From NCBI GenBank assembly GCA_038231435.1, contig JBBRLJ010000027.1, positions 1 through 64,000 of the forward strand: a stretch of 64,000 nt of DNA, given 5' to 3'. Position 1 is the stretch's first letter, and every line of letters starts with the position of its first letter. Shown in pieces: positions 55,745 to 64,000 of the stretch. The translations under genes and the position numbers were made by a program. The notes beneath the pieces were generated by a model. It worked only from the letters and a program-made list of their open reading frames with translations. It did no database searches and was not told the origin of the DNA. This stretch comes from Planctomycetota bacterium (lineage in GTDB: Bacteria; Planctomycetota; UBA11346).

Positions 55745-56728
55745 TCACCAGCGGAAGACGACGGTCAGATTGCGGCGATCGCTCTCGAGCTCGGCGAACA
55801 CCGCCGCCGCCTCGTCGGGCGTCCGGGGCCGCCCAGCGACCCGCTCCCATGGCGCGATCCCGCGAGCCATCAGACCGAGCGCCGCTTCGTGGTCTGAGCG
55901 CACGGTGGCGCGCGGCACCAGGATCGTCAGCTCGCGCGTGAAGGCCGGATCGTACGGCACGGTGAAGCCCTCGGCGTAGCTGCCCTGGACGAGATAACGC
56001 GGGCCGCGGGCGTGCTCATCTCCCCAGGTCGGCTGCCGCCCGAGGGTGATCGCCTCGGCCATCACTCGCGCCGATCCGGTCGCATCGACGATCACGTCGG
56101 CACCATCGGGGAAACGCGCGCGGAACGCCTCGGACAGGCTCGGCGACGGCTCGATGACGCTGATGCCGAGCGCGTGCGCGGTGGCGCGGCGTTCGGGGGA
56201 CACGTCGCAGGCGACGACCTCGGCCCCCGCCTGCGCGTGGGCGAGCGCCGCCATGGCACCGATGGGGCCGAGACCGATGACTGCGACGCGCTCGAGCGGG
56301 CGGGGGCGTGACAGCCGCATGCCATGCCACGCGATCGCGAGCAACGGCGCTAGCGCCGCCGCCTCGGGCGCGATGCCCGGCGGCAGCGACAGGGTCTCGG
56401 CGGCGGGGATGACGGCATGGGCGCAATGTCCGCCCCACAGCAGATGCACGCCCTCGGCGTGCCGCGTGCCCGACGCCAGCACGAGGTCGCCGAGCGATCG
56501 GGCCACCCCGGCACCCGCAGCGACCACGCGCCCGACGAGGGCGTAGCCCGGAATGAACGGGTAGATGGTTCCCGGCTGCAGGCCGTGCAGGCAACGCAGC
56601 TCGGTGCCGGGGCTGACGCCTGTGACCAGGGTCTCGATCAGCACCTCGCCAGGCGCGGGCTCGCGGATGTCCACCTCGCGTACCTCGATGCGGCGCGCCG
56701 ACGGCACCACCAGGGCTCGGCTATGCAT
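55745..56728 (-). CDS. Zinc-binding alcohol dehydrogenase (MDR) family protein
   Basis: GVSPGTE, PGYALVG, VIGLGPIG, ADVIVDATG. Confidence 0.88.
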   Translation of the reverse strand: MHSRALVVPSARRIEVREVDIREPAPGEVLIETLVTGVSPGTELRCLHGLQPGTIYPFIPGYALVGRVVAAGAGVARSLGDLVLASGTRHAEGVHLLWGGHCAHAVIPAAETLSLPPGIAPEAAALAPLLAIAWHGMRLSRPRPLERVAVIGLGPIGAMAALAHAQAGAEVVACDVSPERRATAHALGISVIEPSPSLSEAFRARFPDGADVIVDATGSARVMAEAITLGRQPTWGDEHARGPRYLVQGSYAEGFTVPYDPAFTRELTILVPRATVRSDHEAALGLMARGIAPWERVAGRPRTPDEAAAVFAELESDRRNLTVVFRW

Positions 56729-56754
56729 GGACGTCCGCCTCGCAACACATCGGA

Positions 56755-58143
56755 TCAGCGTGGCGCATCTACGGCTCCGAGCAGTTCGGGGCGGCCGCCG
56801 GGCGGGGTCACCTCGATGGTGAAGGTCTTGCCAGCGGCCGCGGGAATGCGTTGATCGATCACCAGGGGCGCCGTGGGCGAGCACGGCCACGACGCCACCT
56901 CGCTGGCGTCGCAGCGCAGCGCGGCCGTGCCTTTCGCGAACGCTCCGAATGAACCGGACACGCGCAGCTCGGCTCCGGCGCGCTCGACGCGCAGCGGCTG
57001 GGTGGTGACGCCGCCCGGGGAGACCGCGACGATCGATCCGGCCGCGCGGCACGCGCACAGCTGCCAGGTGACGACCGAGATGGCGCCAGGATCGAGATCC
57101 AGTTCGGGGGTCATCGCCTCGACCTCTACCGAATGCTCGCCGAGCATGTTGACCGCGACCGACGACCAGCCTTCGGGCACGCGGCCCTCGAGCGCGCCGG
57201 CTTCGGGGAAGCGTACCACCAGCACCGTGCCATCGCCGCCGTCCTGCCAGGCAATCCAGCCGCCATCGCTGTCGCCGCTGATCTTGCCGGACCTGCCGAG
57301 GCAGCGGCTGCGCATGACGCGCGCCTGCGCGTCCGGCTGCCACATTGCGTCGTCATAGTCCGCGTTCTGGGCCAAGTAGTTGCGGGGCCCGAAGCGGCTC
57401 GCACCGTGGCCGCGGAACGGCCACACCACGGTGTCGGCCGCCGCGGGATCCGCGCGCACGGTCACCGGCGCGACCGCCACCAGCCATTGCGACCAACGCT
57501 GCGGATAAGGCGAGACGTTGCTCAGGGTGGTGGTGATCGACAACCGCGCCGCCGCGGGATCAAGGTGGTAGCTGTAGGCGAGCTGCATCCCCGAGCAGCG
57601 CCAATGCGGATGGACCTCCGCCGGACCATGGGCATCGAGGGTGCCGTCTCCGGCCGGGAAGAAGCGGTAAGCGCCGTGATCGATCGCCGGCGGCGGCGGC
57701 CACGACCCGATCTGCGCGTCGTGGCGCTTCCACTGCGCCTGCGGACCCGGCCAGACGCGCACGCCGCCGGTGTCGCGGTATTGCCACATGCTGATGCCGC
57801 CGGGGGTCGGATCGCCGGTGTCGCCAACCGCCGACGCATCGGCCCACAGCAGCGGCTTGCCGCCGAGCTCGAAGCGCAGCAGGCGCGCCCCCGCGTCGGC
57901 GCCGACTCCGGCGACGGCCAAGCCGTTGTCCGCCAGCCAGCCGGCGTGCCCGAACAACGCCGGGGTCGCCGTGAATGCACCTGGTGGAGGCGCGTCGGCG
58001 GCGCTCGCGCCCGCCGAGATCGCTGCCGCGCCCAGGCAGCAGCGCAACAATGCGCGGATGCGATGCGCGTTCGCGCGCGCCAGGCCAGCTGATGACATCG
58101 CGCTCATGCCAGGTCTCCGTGAAGGTAAATCGACCCCGCTCAT
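56755..58143 (-). CDS. DUF4380-like / galactose-mutarotase-like protein
   Basis: GARLLRF, GGVRVWPGPQ..W, WPPP, GWIA, EVEAMTP; ATGA overlap with the GH9 gene. Confidence 0.65.
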   Translation of the reverse strand: MSGVDLPSRRPGMSAMSSAGLARANAHRIRALLRCCLGAAAISAGASAADAPPPGAFTATPALFGHAGWLADNGLAVAGVGADAGARLLRFELGGKPLLWADASAVGDTGDPTPGGISMWQYRDTGGVRVWPGPQAQWKRHDAQIGSWPPPPAIDHGAYRFFPAGDGTLDAHGPAEVHPHWRCSGMQLAYSYHLDPAAARLSITTTLSNVSPYPQRWSQWLVAVAPVTVRADPAAADTVVWPFRGHGASRFGPRNYLAQNADYDDAMWQPDAQARVMRSRCLGRSGKISGDSDGGWIAWQDGGDGTVLVVRFPEAGALEGRVPEGWSSVAVNMLGEHSVEVEAMTPELDLDPGAISVVTWQLCACRAAGSIVAVSPGGVTTQPLRVERAGAELRVSGSFGAFAKGTAALRCDASEVASWPCSPTAPLVIDQRIPAAAGKTFTIEVTPPGGRPELLGAVDAPR

Positions 58144-60575
58144 GGCCGGGCCGCCAGGTAGCCCCAGAAGAAGCTCACCGGTCCGAGCTGCTGCGAGATC
58201 GTAAACTCGTCGAGCGACGGCGCGACGAAGATGTCGAGGTCCGACTCCTGCGCCGGCCAGCTGTAGGAATCAGGCACCATCCCATAGGTGAACCATTTGT
58301 GCACCCAGTCGTTCGATCCGCGGCTCATGTCGCCCGCCTCGTCAGCGCACCCGTAGATGGTGATACCTACCGGAGCGGGTTGGCCGCTGGCCCGGCTGTC
58401 GACGTGCAGCGGGTGGCGTGGCCAGTCGTGACCGACGCCGACGGTATAGGTGCGGTTCTCCGGATTGGCTCCCAAGCCGTAGGTGCAGGCCTGGACGACC
58501 GCGGCGAGATGGCGCGGGTCCTTGGTCAGGAAGTGCGCGCGCGGCAGGTTCTGCGACGCCATGCCCGGAGTGCTGAAATAGCCGACCCAACTGATCATCG
58601 GCAGGTCGGTGCGGTCGGTGATCACGCCGAAGGCGTTGCCGGCGGCGAAGGCGATGGCGTTGTCGGCCACCGAGGCGAACAGCGCGACGGCCTTCTTGCG
58701 CAGTTCGGCGTCCGTCGAGGCCGCAGGCAAGCACGCGTAGGTGAAGGTGGCTTCCGGCTGTTCGACGAAGCGGCCCGGTTTCGCGAGCTCGGTGACCTTG
58801 ATGAAGGCGTCACGGAAGCGCGCTTCGGAGGTGAGCGCGTAGAGCTCGATCGCCGCAAATGCGTGCCATCTCGAAGCGGCAGGGCTCGCATCGGTGGCCG
58901 CGGCGTCCGGGTGCGCCTCGGCCCAGGCCCACGCCTCGAGCGATGACGCACGGAAATCAGAGGCCAGGGCCGCATCGATCTTCGCGAGCACCCGCGAGGC
59001 CTTGGCGGCGCACCCGGCGTACAGGATGGTGGTGCCGAGATCCGGGGCGTAAACGCCGACAGCCTTGCCTTGCGAGCTCGTCGCAGCGGGGCGCGCGCCC
59101 CAGCCTTCGCCGTATCCGCCACGCACCGAGCCGTCCGGCAGCTGCAGGCGGCGGAACAGCGCCAGGTTCCATAGCGCCTCGTCGAGCACGTCGGGGATCT
59201 TGTTGCCGGCTTCCGCCGGCGGCAGCGACAGCCGCGTCGACGCGGCGAAGGTCGGGAACATCTCCGCCAGCTCGAGCAGCAGCTCGGTGGCGGCGAGATG
59301 CCCGGATAGGGAATCCCAATCCCCCGCATCCTGGTAGCCGCCCCACACCCCGGGCGCCTCGCGCAGCGCCCCAGCCTTGGACAGCTTGACGAGATCGTCC
59401 CCGCGCGCGCCTTCCTGCCCCGCGCGTTCCGGGATCGTGAGCTGGAAGAAATGCACGCCGTCGTCGGGATGGAAGGGGCGCGGTCGCTTGAGATCCGCCC
59501 ACGGCGCCTCGAGGGCGATGCCGTTGCGCTGGTTGACGAAGCCGCGCATCGAGGTGATGAAAGCGCGTGTCCACACGTCCGCCGCGATCTCGAAGGTGTC
59601 GCTGCAGCCGATCCCGGGCACGTGGACGCGGTAACGGCCGGGCTTGTCGAAGGTGCTGAAGTCGAGCCCCCAGACCGCGGTCTTCGCGTAGTCCTTGGCC
59701 GCGATCAGCGTCTCCGTCGCGTCCTTGGCCTTCACCAGCACCGGCTTGCCGGTGAACACGACCTTGCCCTTGTCGTCGCGCAGCTCGAAGGCTTCAAGGC
59801 CCTCGTGCTGGTAGCCTCCGCCGGTGCCGAGCCAGATGGACAGACTGGCGCGCTTGCTCGGGTCGTTCGGCCGGTAGCCGGTATGGATCGCATGCACGGC
59901 CTCGCTGCGCGCGTTCGCGGTGTCGTGGCGATAGGCGACCGATTCCACGGCGGTGTTCAATCCCTGCAGCGCAATGGTGTAGGATCTGCCGTCGATGAGC
60001 GGCGTGGGGAGGCGCAGGTAGATGTGGTGCTCGACGGGCTGGCAGCCGTCGACGCCCGAGTCGGTGGGCTTGCTCTTGCGGTTCACGGCCTTCGGCGGGA
60101 GCGGTTTCGCGTAGGCGGGGTCATCCGTCGAGGTGATGGCGTACGCGGACGGATCGTCGACGAGCCTGGTCTCAAGGGGCTTCCCGATCACGTTGTCGGC
60201 GGGCAGGACCCTGGTGCCGTCCGGGGACAGCGTGCCGAGTCGGGTGCGTTGCCCGGCAACGACACGGTAGATATCCTTCTCGCAGAGCTGGGCGAACGCC
60301 TTCCGGCTCTCATCCCACATCCACTGCGGCTTGTCCTTGTCCTTCTCGACCGCCTCGTCGCCCGGAGCCGCGGTGTACGGCACGAGCCCCGGGTGCTCGA
60401 TCGTGTTCGCGCAGATGACGATGGCGAGGATGTCGCGCGCCACCGCCGACACGGCGACCACCTTCGGACCGTCAGCGGGGTGCGCGGCAACCACGCTCCA
60501 GGCCGCGGCAGGGACGGCGAATGAGAGGACGGCGAGGTTGGCGATGAAACTCAGGCGAGAGCTGAAGGTGGTCAT
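58140..60575 (-). CDS. Secreted GH9 glycoside hydrolase with N-terminal Ig-like domain
   Basis: DFSTFDKPGRY...SDTFEI, QRNG, GGYQDAGDWD, LGANPENRTYTVGVG...PRHPLH, EFTI. Confidence 0.88.
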   Translation of the reverse strand: MTTFSSRLSFIANLAVLSFAVPAAAWSVVAAHPADGPKVVAVSAVARDILAIVICANTIEHPGLVPYTAAPGDEAVEKDKDKPQWMWDESRKAFAQLCEKDIYRVVAGQRTRLGTLSPDGTRVLPADNVIGKPLETRLVDDPSAYAITSTDDPAYAKPLPPKAVNRKSKPTDSGVDGCQPVEHHIYLRLPTPLIDGRSYTIALQGLNTAVESVAYRHDTANARSEAVHAIHTGYRPNDPSKRASLSIWLGTGGGYQHEGLEAFELRDDKGKVVFTGKPVLVKAKDATETLIAAKDYAKTAVWGLDFSTFDKPGRYRVHVPGIGCSDTFEIAADVWTRAFITSMRGFVNQRNGIALEAPWADLKRPRPFHPDDGVHFFQLTIPERAGQEGARGDDLVKLSKAGALREAPGVWGGYQDAGDWDSLSGHLAATELLLELAEMFPTFAASTRLSLPPAEAGNKIPDVLDEALWNLALFRRLQLPDGSVRGGYGEGWGARPAATSSQGKAVGVYAPDLGTTILYAGCAAKASRVLAKIDAALASDFRASSLEAWAWAEAHPDAAATDASPAASRWHAFAAIELYALTSEARFRDAFIKVTELAKPGRFVEQPEATFTYACLPAASTDAELRKKAVALFASVADNAIAFAAGNAFGVITDRTDLPMISWVGYFSTPGMASQNLPRAHFLTKDPRHLAAVVQACTYGLGANPENRTYTVGVGHDWPRHPLHVDSRASGQPAPVGITIYGCADEAGDMSRGSNDWVHKWFTYGMVPDSYSWPAQESDLDIFVAPSLDEFTISQQLGPVSFFWGYLAARP

Positions 60576-60777
60576 GGAGGTCAGGCATCCTGTGTCTGGC
60601 AAGGGCATGCCCATGGAGCTGGCGGCCTGCCTGGAGTATACCATCGGCCTGGGACGTCCTGCTGGCCTCCCCTGACTTCATCATGCGTGCGCTCACGGCG
60701 CGGGGTCTCCGGGGAGCCTCCCCCTGGGGGGGTGCCTGTCTGTACAGCGGGTCTGGTGCGGTTCCGGCCCGCCGCCA

Positions 60778-61446
60778 GTGTCCAGTACAGTCGTCGGCGA
60801 CTCGCGGGAGATGCTTCAGGGGAGCCTTGCCAATGGTGTCGTCCAGGCGTCAATCGAAGTCGTGGAAGCGGAGCCGGACGACGCAGCAGGCGACATCGAG
60901 CCGCACGAGGTCGCCGCTGGCGGCGGGCTCGACCACGATACCGCCGTCCGCCTGGTGCTCGAGCAGGAACCGTTGCTGGTCGGATTCGCCCGCGCCATCG
61001 TCGGCAGCCGCGACGTCGCCGAGGACATCTTCCAGGATCTGGTCATGCTCGTGATGCGCAAGCACGCCAGCATACCCAATCAGGATGCCGTCTCTGGTTG
61101 GACCAGGCGCGCGACGCGCTTCCTCGCCCTCAAACGGCTGCAGCGCATGTCGCGCGAGCGTCCCGTGATGGACGAGGAGCTGGTCGGGCTGCTCGAACGC
61201 GATTTCTCCGAACTGGGCTTCGATACCGTCGGCGACCAGTATCTCGCCGCGCTCGGGCGCTGCCGCGAACGCCTGCCGGCGAAGTCGCGGGAGATCCTCG
61301 AGCTGCGATACGAAGCCGATCTCGATTGCCAGCAGATCGCGGATCGGCTGAAGCGCCCATTGAACACCGTCTACGTGATGCTCACCCGCCTCCACCGTTC
61401 ACTCGAAGAGTGCATCCGATCACGGCTCCGGAGTTCCGATGCCTGA
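60778..61446 (+). CDS. ECF-type RNA polymerase sigma factor
   Basis: VAEDIFQDL, W in region 2; CRERLPAKSREILELRY...IADRLKRPLNTVYVMLTRL in region 4. Start uncertain. Confidence 0.9.
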   Translation: MSSTVVGDSREMLQGSLANGVVQASIEVVEAEPDDAAGDIEPHEVAAGGGLDHDTAVRLVLEQEPLLVGFARAIVGSRDVAEDIFQDLVMLVMRKHASIPNQDAVSGWTRRATRFLALKRLQRMSRERPVMDEELVGLLERDFSELGFDTVGDQYLAALGRCRERLPAKSREILELRYEADLDCQQIADRLKRPLNTVYVMLTRLHRSLEECIRSRLRSSDA

Positions 61447-62800
61447 TCACCCTACCGATCTCCCGCCGGTTCTTCCAGCGGACCTCCCGCCCGAGGATGC
61501 GAGCGGCATCGACGGCATGATCGCCTCCCACCTCGACAATTCCCTGGAAGCGCCGCAGGCGAAGCGCCTGTTCGCCTCGCTCAAGGCGGATCCGCGGGCG
61601 CGGCGCATGCTGCTGACTTCGGCAGTCCAGGCATCGGTGCTCGCGCGCGATGCGCTCGATGACAGCTCGCGTTCCACGGCCAGGTTTCCCGGCGCCGGCG
61701 CACGCGAGCCGCGTGGCGCGCGCCAGCCCATGGCCGGACCGCGCCGGCGAATGATGTGGGCCGCGATCGCCGCTGGCTTGGCAGTCGCGTCCGCAGTGTG
61801 GTGGACGCACGCTGATCACAGCGAACACCTGCTGCGCTTAGACGCCAGCGTCGCGACCACCGCCATGCGCGGAGGAAGCCCCCTCGATCTGACCGGGGAT
61901 CCGTGGCTGCGTCCTGGCGACCACATCGTCGTCGGAGCCGGCGAGGCAAAGCTCTCATGGCCCGACGAAGGCACTTCGGTGACGATCGGCTCAGGCTCGG
62001 AGCTCGACGTGGTGTCCGTCGACCACGCGAAGCAACTGCGGCTGCCGCGCGGGCGGATCACCGCCGAGGTCGCCACGCAGGGATCCGGACGAGGGTTCTC
62101 GATCGCCACAGCACGGGGTGAAATCTCGGTCGTCGGAACGCAGTTCGCCGTGGCCGCCGACGGCCGCGCCACCGCGGTGCACGTGGATCACGGCGTGGTG
62201 CGCGTCGCTCCGGCCGACGGCTCGCCCGCGACCCCGGTCGAGGCCGGATTCGACGCGGTCTGCGACGGCCAGGGTCCGATCCGCGTCACCGCGGCACCCA
62301 AGGCCGACACGCCCTCGGCGCCCTCGGCGCAGAAGATGGTGCGCGTCGACGCCGCCTCCTTCGCCGCCTACACCGACCGCCTGGGGACCGTGGTCGGCGA
62401 GGACATCGTCGCCGCGAAAGGCAGCGTTCAGACGGGCGACGAGTCGGTGGTGAAGATCCAGTTCCGCGCGCCGGGCGGCGATCTGATGCCGATGGGGGCG
62501 GACTTCGCTTTGCATGCGTCGCTCGACGTGGATGAGCCCACGACGGTCGCGGTGCTGCTGGTGTACGAGCATCCCGAAGCCAGCGGCAGCTGGATGGGCA
62601 ACGTGCAGGCCGAACGCCTGTTGACCAAGGGAGCCCACGACCTCGCCTTCACGTTCGGCGACTTTGCATGCAAGGCGGGCGAAGCGGCGACCCCACAGGC
62701 TCAGGCGCGGATCTCGATGGTGGTGGTCATGGCATACAGCTCGACGGTGAAGCTGGCACTGCACGAGATCGAGCTGCGGGGCAGCGCTCCGCACCGCTGA
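61439..62800 (+). CDS. FecR-like anti-sigma factor
   Basis: N-terminal cytoplasmic domain, TM helix, then GRITAEV...EISVVGTQFAV...VDHGVV; 8-nt overlap with the sigma gene. Confidence 0.88.
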   Translation: MPDHPTDLPPVLPADLPPEDASGIDGMIASHLDNSLEAPQAKRLFASLKADPRARRMLLTSAVQASVLARDALDDSSRSTARFPGAGAREPRGARQPMAGPRRRMMWAAIAAGLAVASAVWWTHADHSEHLLRLDASVATTAMRGGSPLDLTGDPWLRPGDHIVVGAGEAKLSWPDEGTSVTIGSGSELDVVSVDHAKQLRLPRGRITAEVATQGSGRGFSIATARGEISVVGTQFAVAADGRATAVHVDHGVVRVAPADGSPATPVEAGFDAVCDGQGPIRVTAAPKADTPSAPSAQKMVRVDAASFAAYTDRLGTVVGEDIVAAKGSVQTGDESVVKIQFRAPGGDLMPMGADFALHASLDVDEPTTVAVLLVYEHPEASGSWMGNVQAERLLTKGAHDLAFTFGDFACKAGEAATPQAQARISMVVVMAYSSTVKLALHEIELRGSAPHR

Positions 62801-62822
62801 TCCGAGCCGCCATGGCGGCGGG

Positions 62823-63683
62823 TCAGCCGCGATGTTCACTCGGCGCACGATGGAAGTGCGCTCTGAACTGGCGCGCGAAGTAGTGCTGGTCGCGGAAGCC
62901 CGACTTCTGGGCGACCTCCCTGATCGAGAGATTGCGGTCGGCGAGGAGCAGCAGCGAGCGCTTCAGTCGTAGATTGATCACATAGCGCATCGGCGAGGTC
63001 CCGAAGCAGCGGCGGAACTCCGCCGAGAACTGGGACACTCCGAAATCCGCTCGTGCGGCGAGCGCGTCCAGAGCGAACTCCTGGGCTGGATCGCCATCGA
63101 TGAATTGGCGGACAGCCAACATGCGTTCTGGAATCGCCGCGGCGTGCGCAGAACCGCCCTGCGACGCGCGAAAGGCTTCGCGCAGCCACAGCGCGATCAG
63201 CCCCTCGAGGACCGCCGGATCGGGATGCCGGAAGCGCCCGATTTCGAGGCGGATCAGCCGCAGGTAGCGCAGCGCGAGCGAAGCGTCGGGCTGCGCGATC
63301 GGCTCTTGCAGACCCAGGCCGCTGGCGCCGATGCAGGTGCGCAGACGCGAGCCATGGCACAGCATCCAGGAATGCGTCCACCGCGCGCGCACGCTGCCGA
63401 AGTGGTGGGCGGTGCGCGGTGGCCACATCACCAGGGTGTGGGCGGGATGCTCGCGCAGCTCGCCGTTGAGCAGGATCTCGACGGGGTCGTGGAAATGGAC
63501 GAACAGGTGATCCTCGGTGCCGTACGGCCGATGCACGCGCTTCGGCGGCAACACCTCGGCGATGCCCGAAGCTATCACTTCGACTTCGCTCGCGCCGTCG
63601 GAGCCGCTGGCACTCGATGCCAGGATGGACACTGAGGCGGGTGATCTGGCGCGGGATTTGGCGTTCATCGTAAGATAGTCCAC
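62823..63683 (-). CDS. AraC family transcriptional regulator
   Basis: N-terminal cupin-like domain; FRRCFGTSPMRY...SIREVAQKSGFRDQHYFARQF. Confidence 0.93.
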   Translation of the reverse strand: MDYLTMNAKSRARSPASVSILASSASGSDGASEVEVIASGIAEVLPPKRVHRPYGTEDHLFVHFHDPVEILLNGELREHPAHTLVMWPPRTAHHFGSVRARWTHSWMLCHGSRLRTCIGASGLGLQEPIAQPDASLALRYLRLIRLEIGRFRHPDPAVLEGLIALWLREAFRASQGGSAHAAAIPERMLAVRQFIDGDPAQEFALDALAARADFGVSQFSAEFRRCFGTSPMRYVINLRLKRSLLLLADRNLSIREVAQKSGFRDQHYFARQFRAHFHRAPSEHRG

Positions 63684-63785
63684 ATGTTCTGGAACTCACG
63701 ACCGTTGTAAACGGGGGAGTGGCGTACGATGGCGGTATCATCCGCTGCGCCGCGCCCGGCGCCGGATCGATCCATGGAGACCGAC

Positions 63786-64000
63786 ATGACCACCGCCATC
63801 CCTGCACTTCCAGCGTGCTCACCCGTACTGCCCAGCCTTGACGACAGCTACGCCGTGAGCTCTGACACCATCGCCGCATTCCGCCGTGACGGGCACGTGA
63901 TGCTGCCGGGGCTCGCCAACCGCGACGAGGCTGCCGCCTACCGTCCGGTGATAGCCGAGGCCATCGCCGCTGATGTCGCGGCGCAGGTCCACGACCACGA
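63786..64000 (+). CDS. Phytanoyl-CoA dioxygenase (PhyH) family protein, 5' part, truncated by the window end
   Basis: GGAG RBS; MTTAIPALP...SLDDSYAVSSDTIAAFRRDGHVMLPGL; divergent from the AraC gene. Confidence 0.7.
   Translation, partial: MTTAIPALPACSPVLPSLDDSYAVSSDTIAAFRRDGHVMLPGLANRDEAAAYRPVIAEAIAADVAAQVHDH

Overview
High-GC bacterial chromosomal window. The gene repertoire (many prepilin-type proteins, an H-X9-DG/DUF1559-like protein, CRTAC1/ASPIC-UnbV proteins, an ECF sigma-FecR pair) suggests the PVC superphylum, probably Planctomycetota; this is inferred from gene content only. The centre (15.4-34.3 kb) holds two convergent six-gene cassettes of type IV pilin/T2SS pseudopilin-like genes, including 1140-aa and 1345-aa giants, with no assembly machinery in the window. 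Next to them are two convergent CRTAC1/ASPIC-UnbV beta-propeller genes. The second of these has an N-terminal region that reads as four tandem histone-fold repeats behind a signal/anchor sequence, the most unusual signal found. The cassettes lie among carbohydrate genes (GH16, GH42, GH9, a clan GH-A hydrolase), and an AraR-type GntR/LacI regulator has candidate TGTATATAC operators between the GH16 gene and cassette A. Also present: a split PEP-synthase/rifampin-phosphotransferase-like pair with an MFS exporter, a stand-alone ATP-dependent DNA ligase, an RND pump, a general-stress cluster and several short tandem duplications at gene starts. No rRNA, tRNA, CRISPR array, integrase or transposase was recognised. 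All family calls are from motif reading, not database searches.
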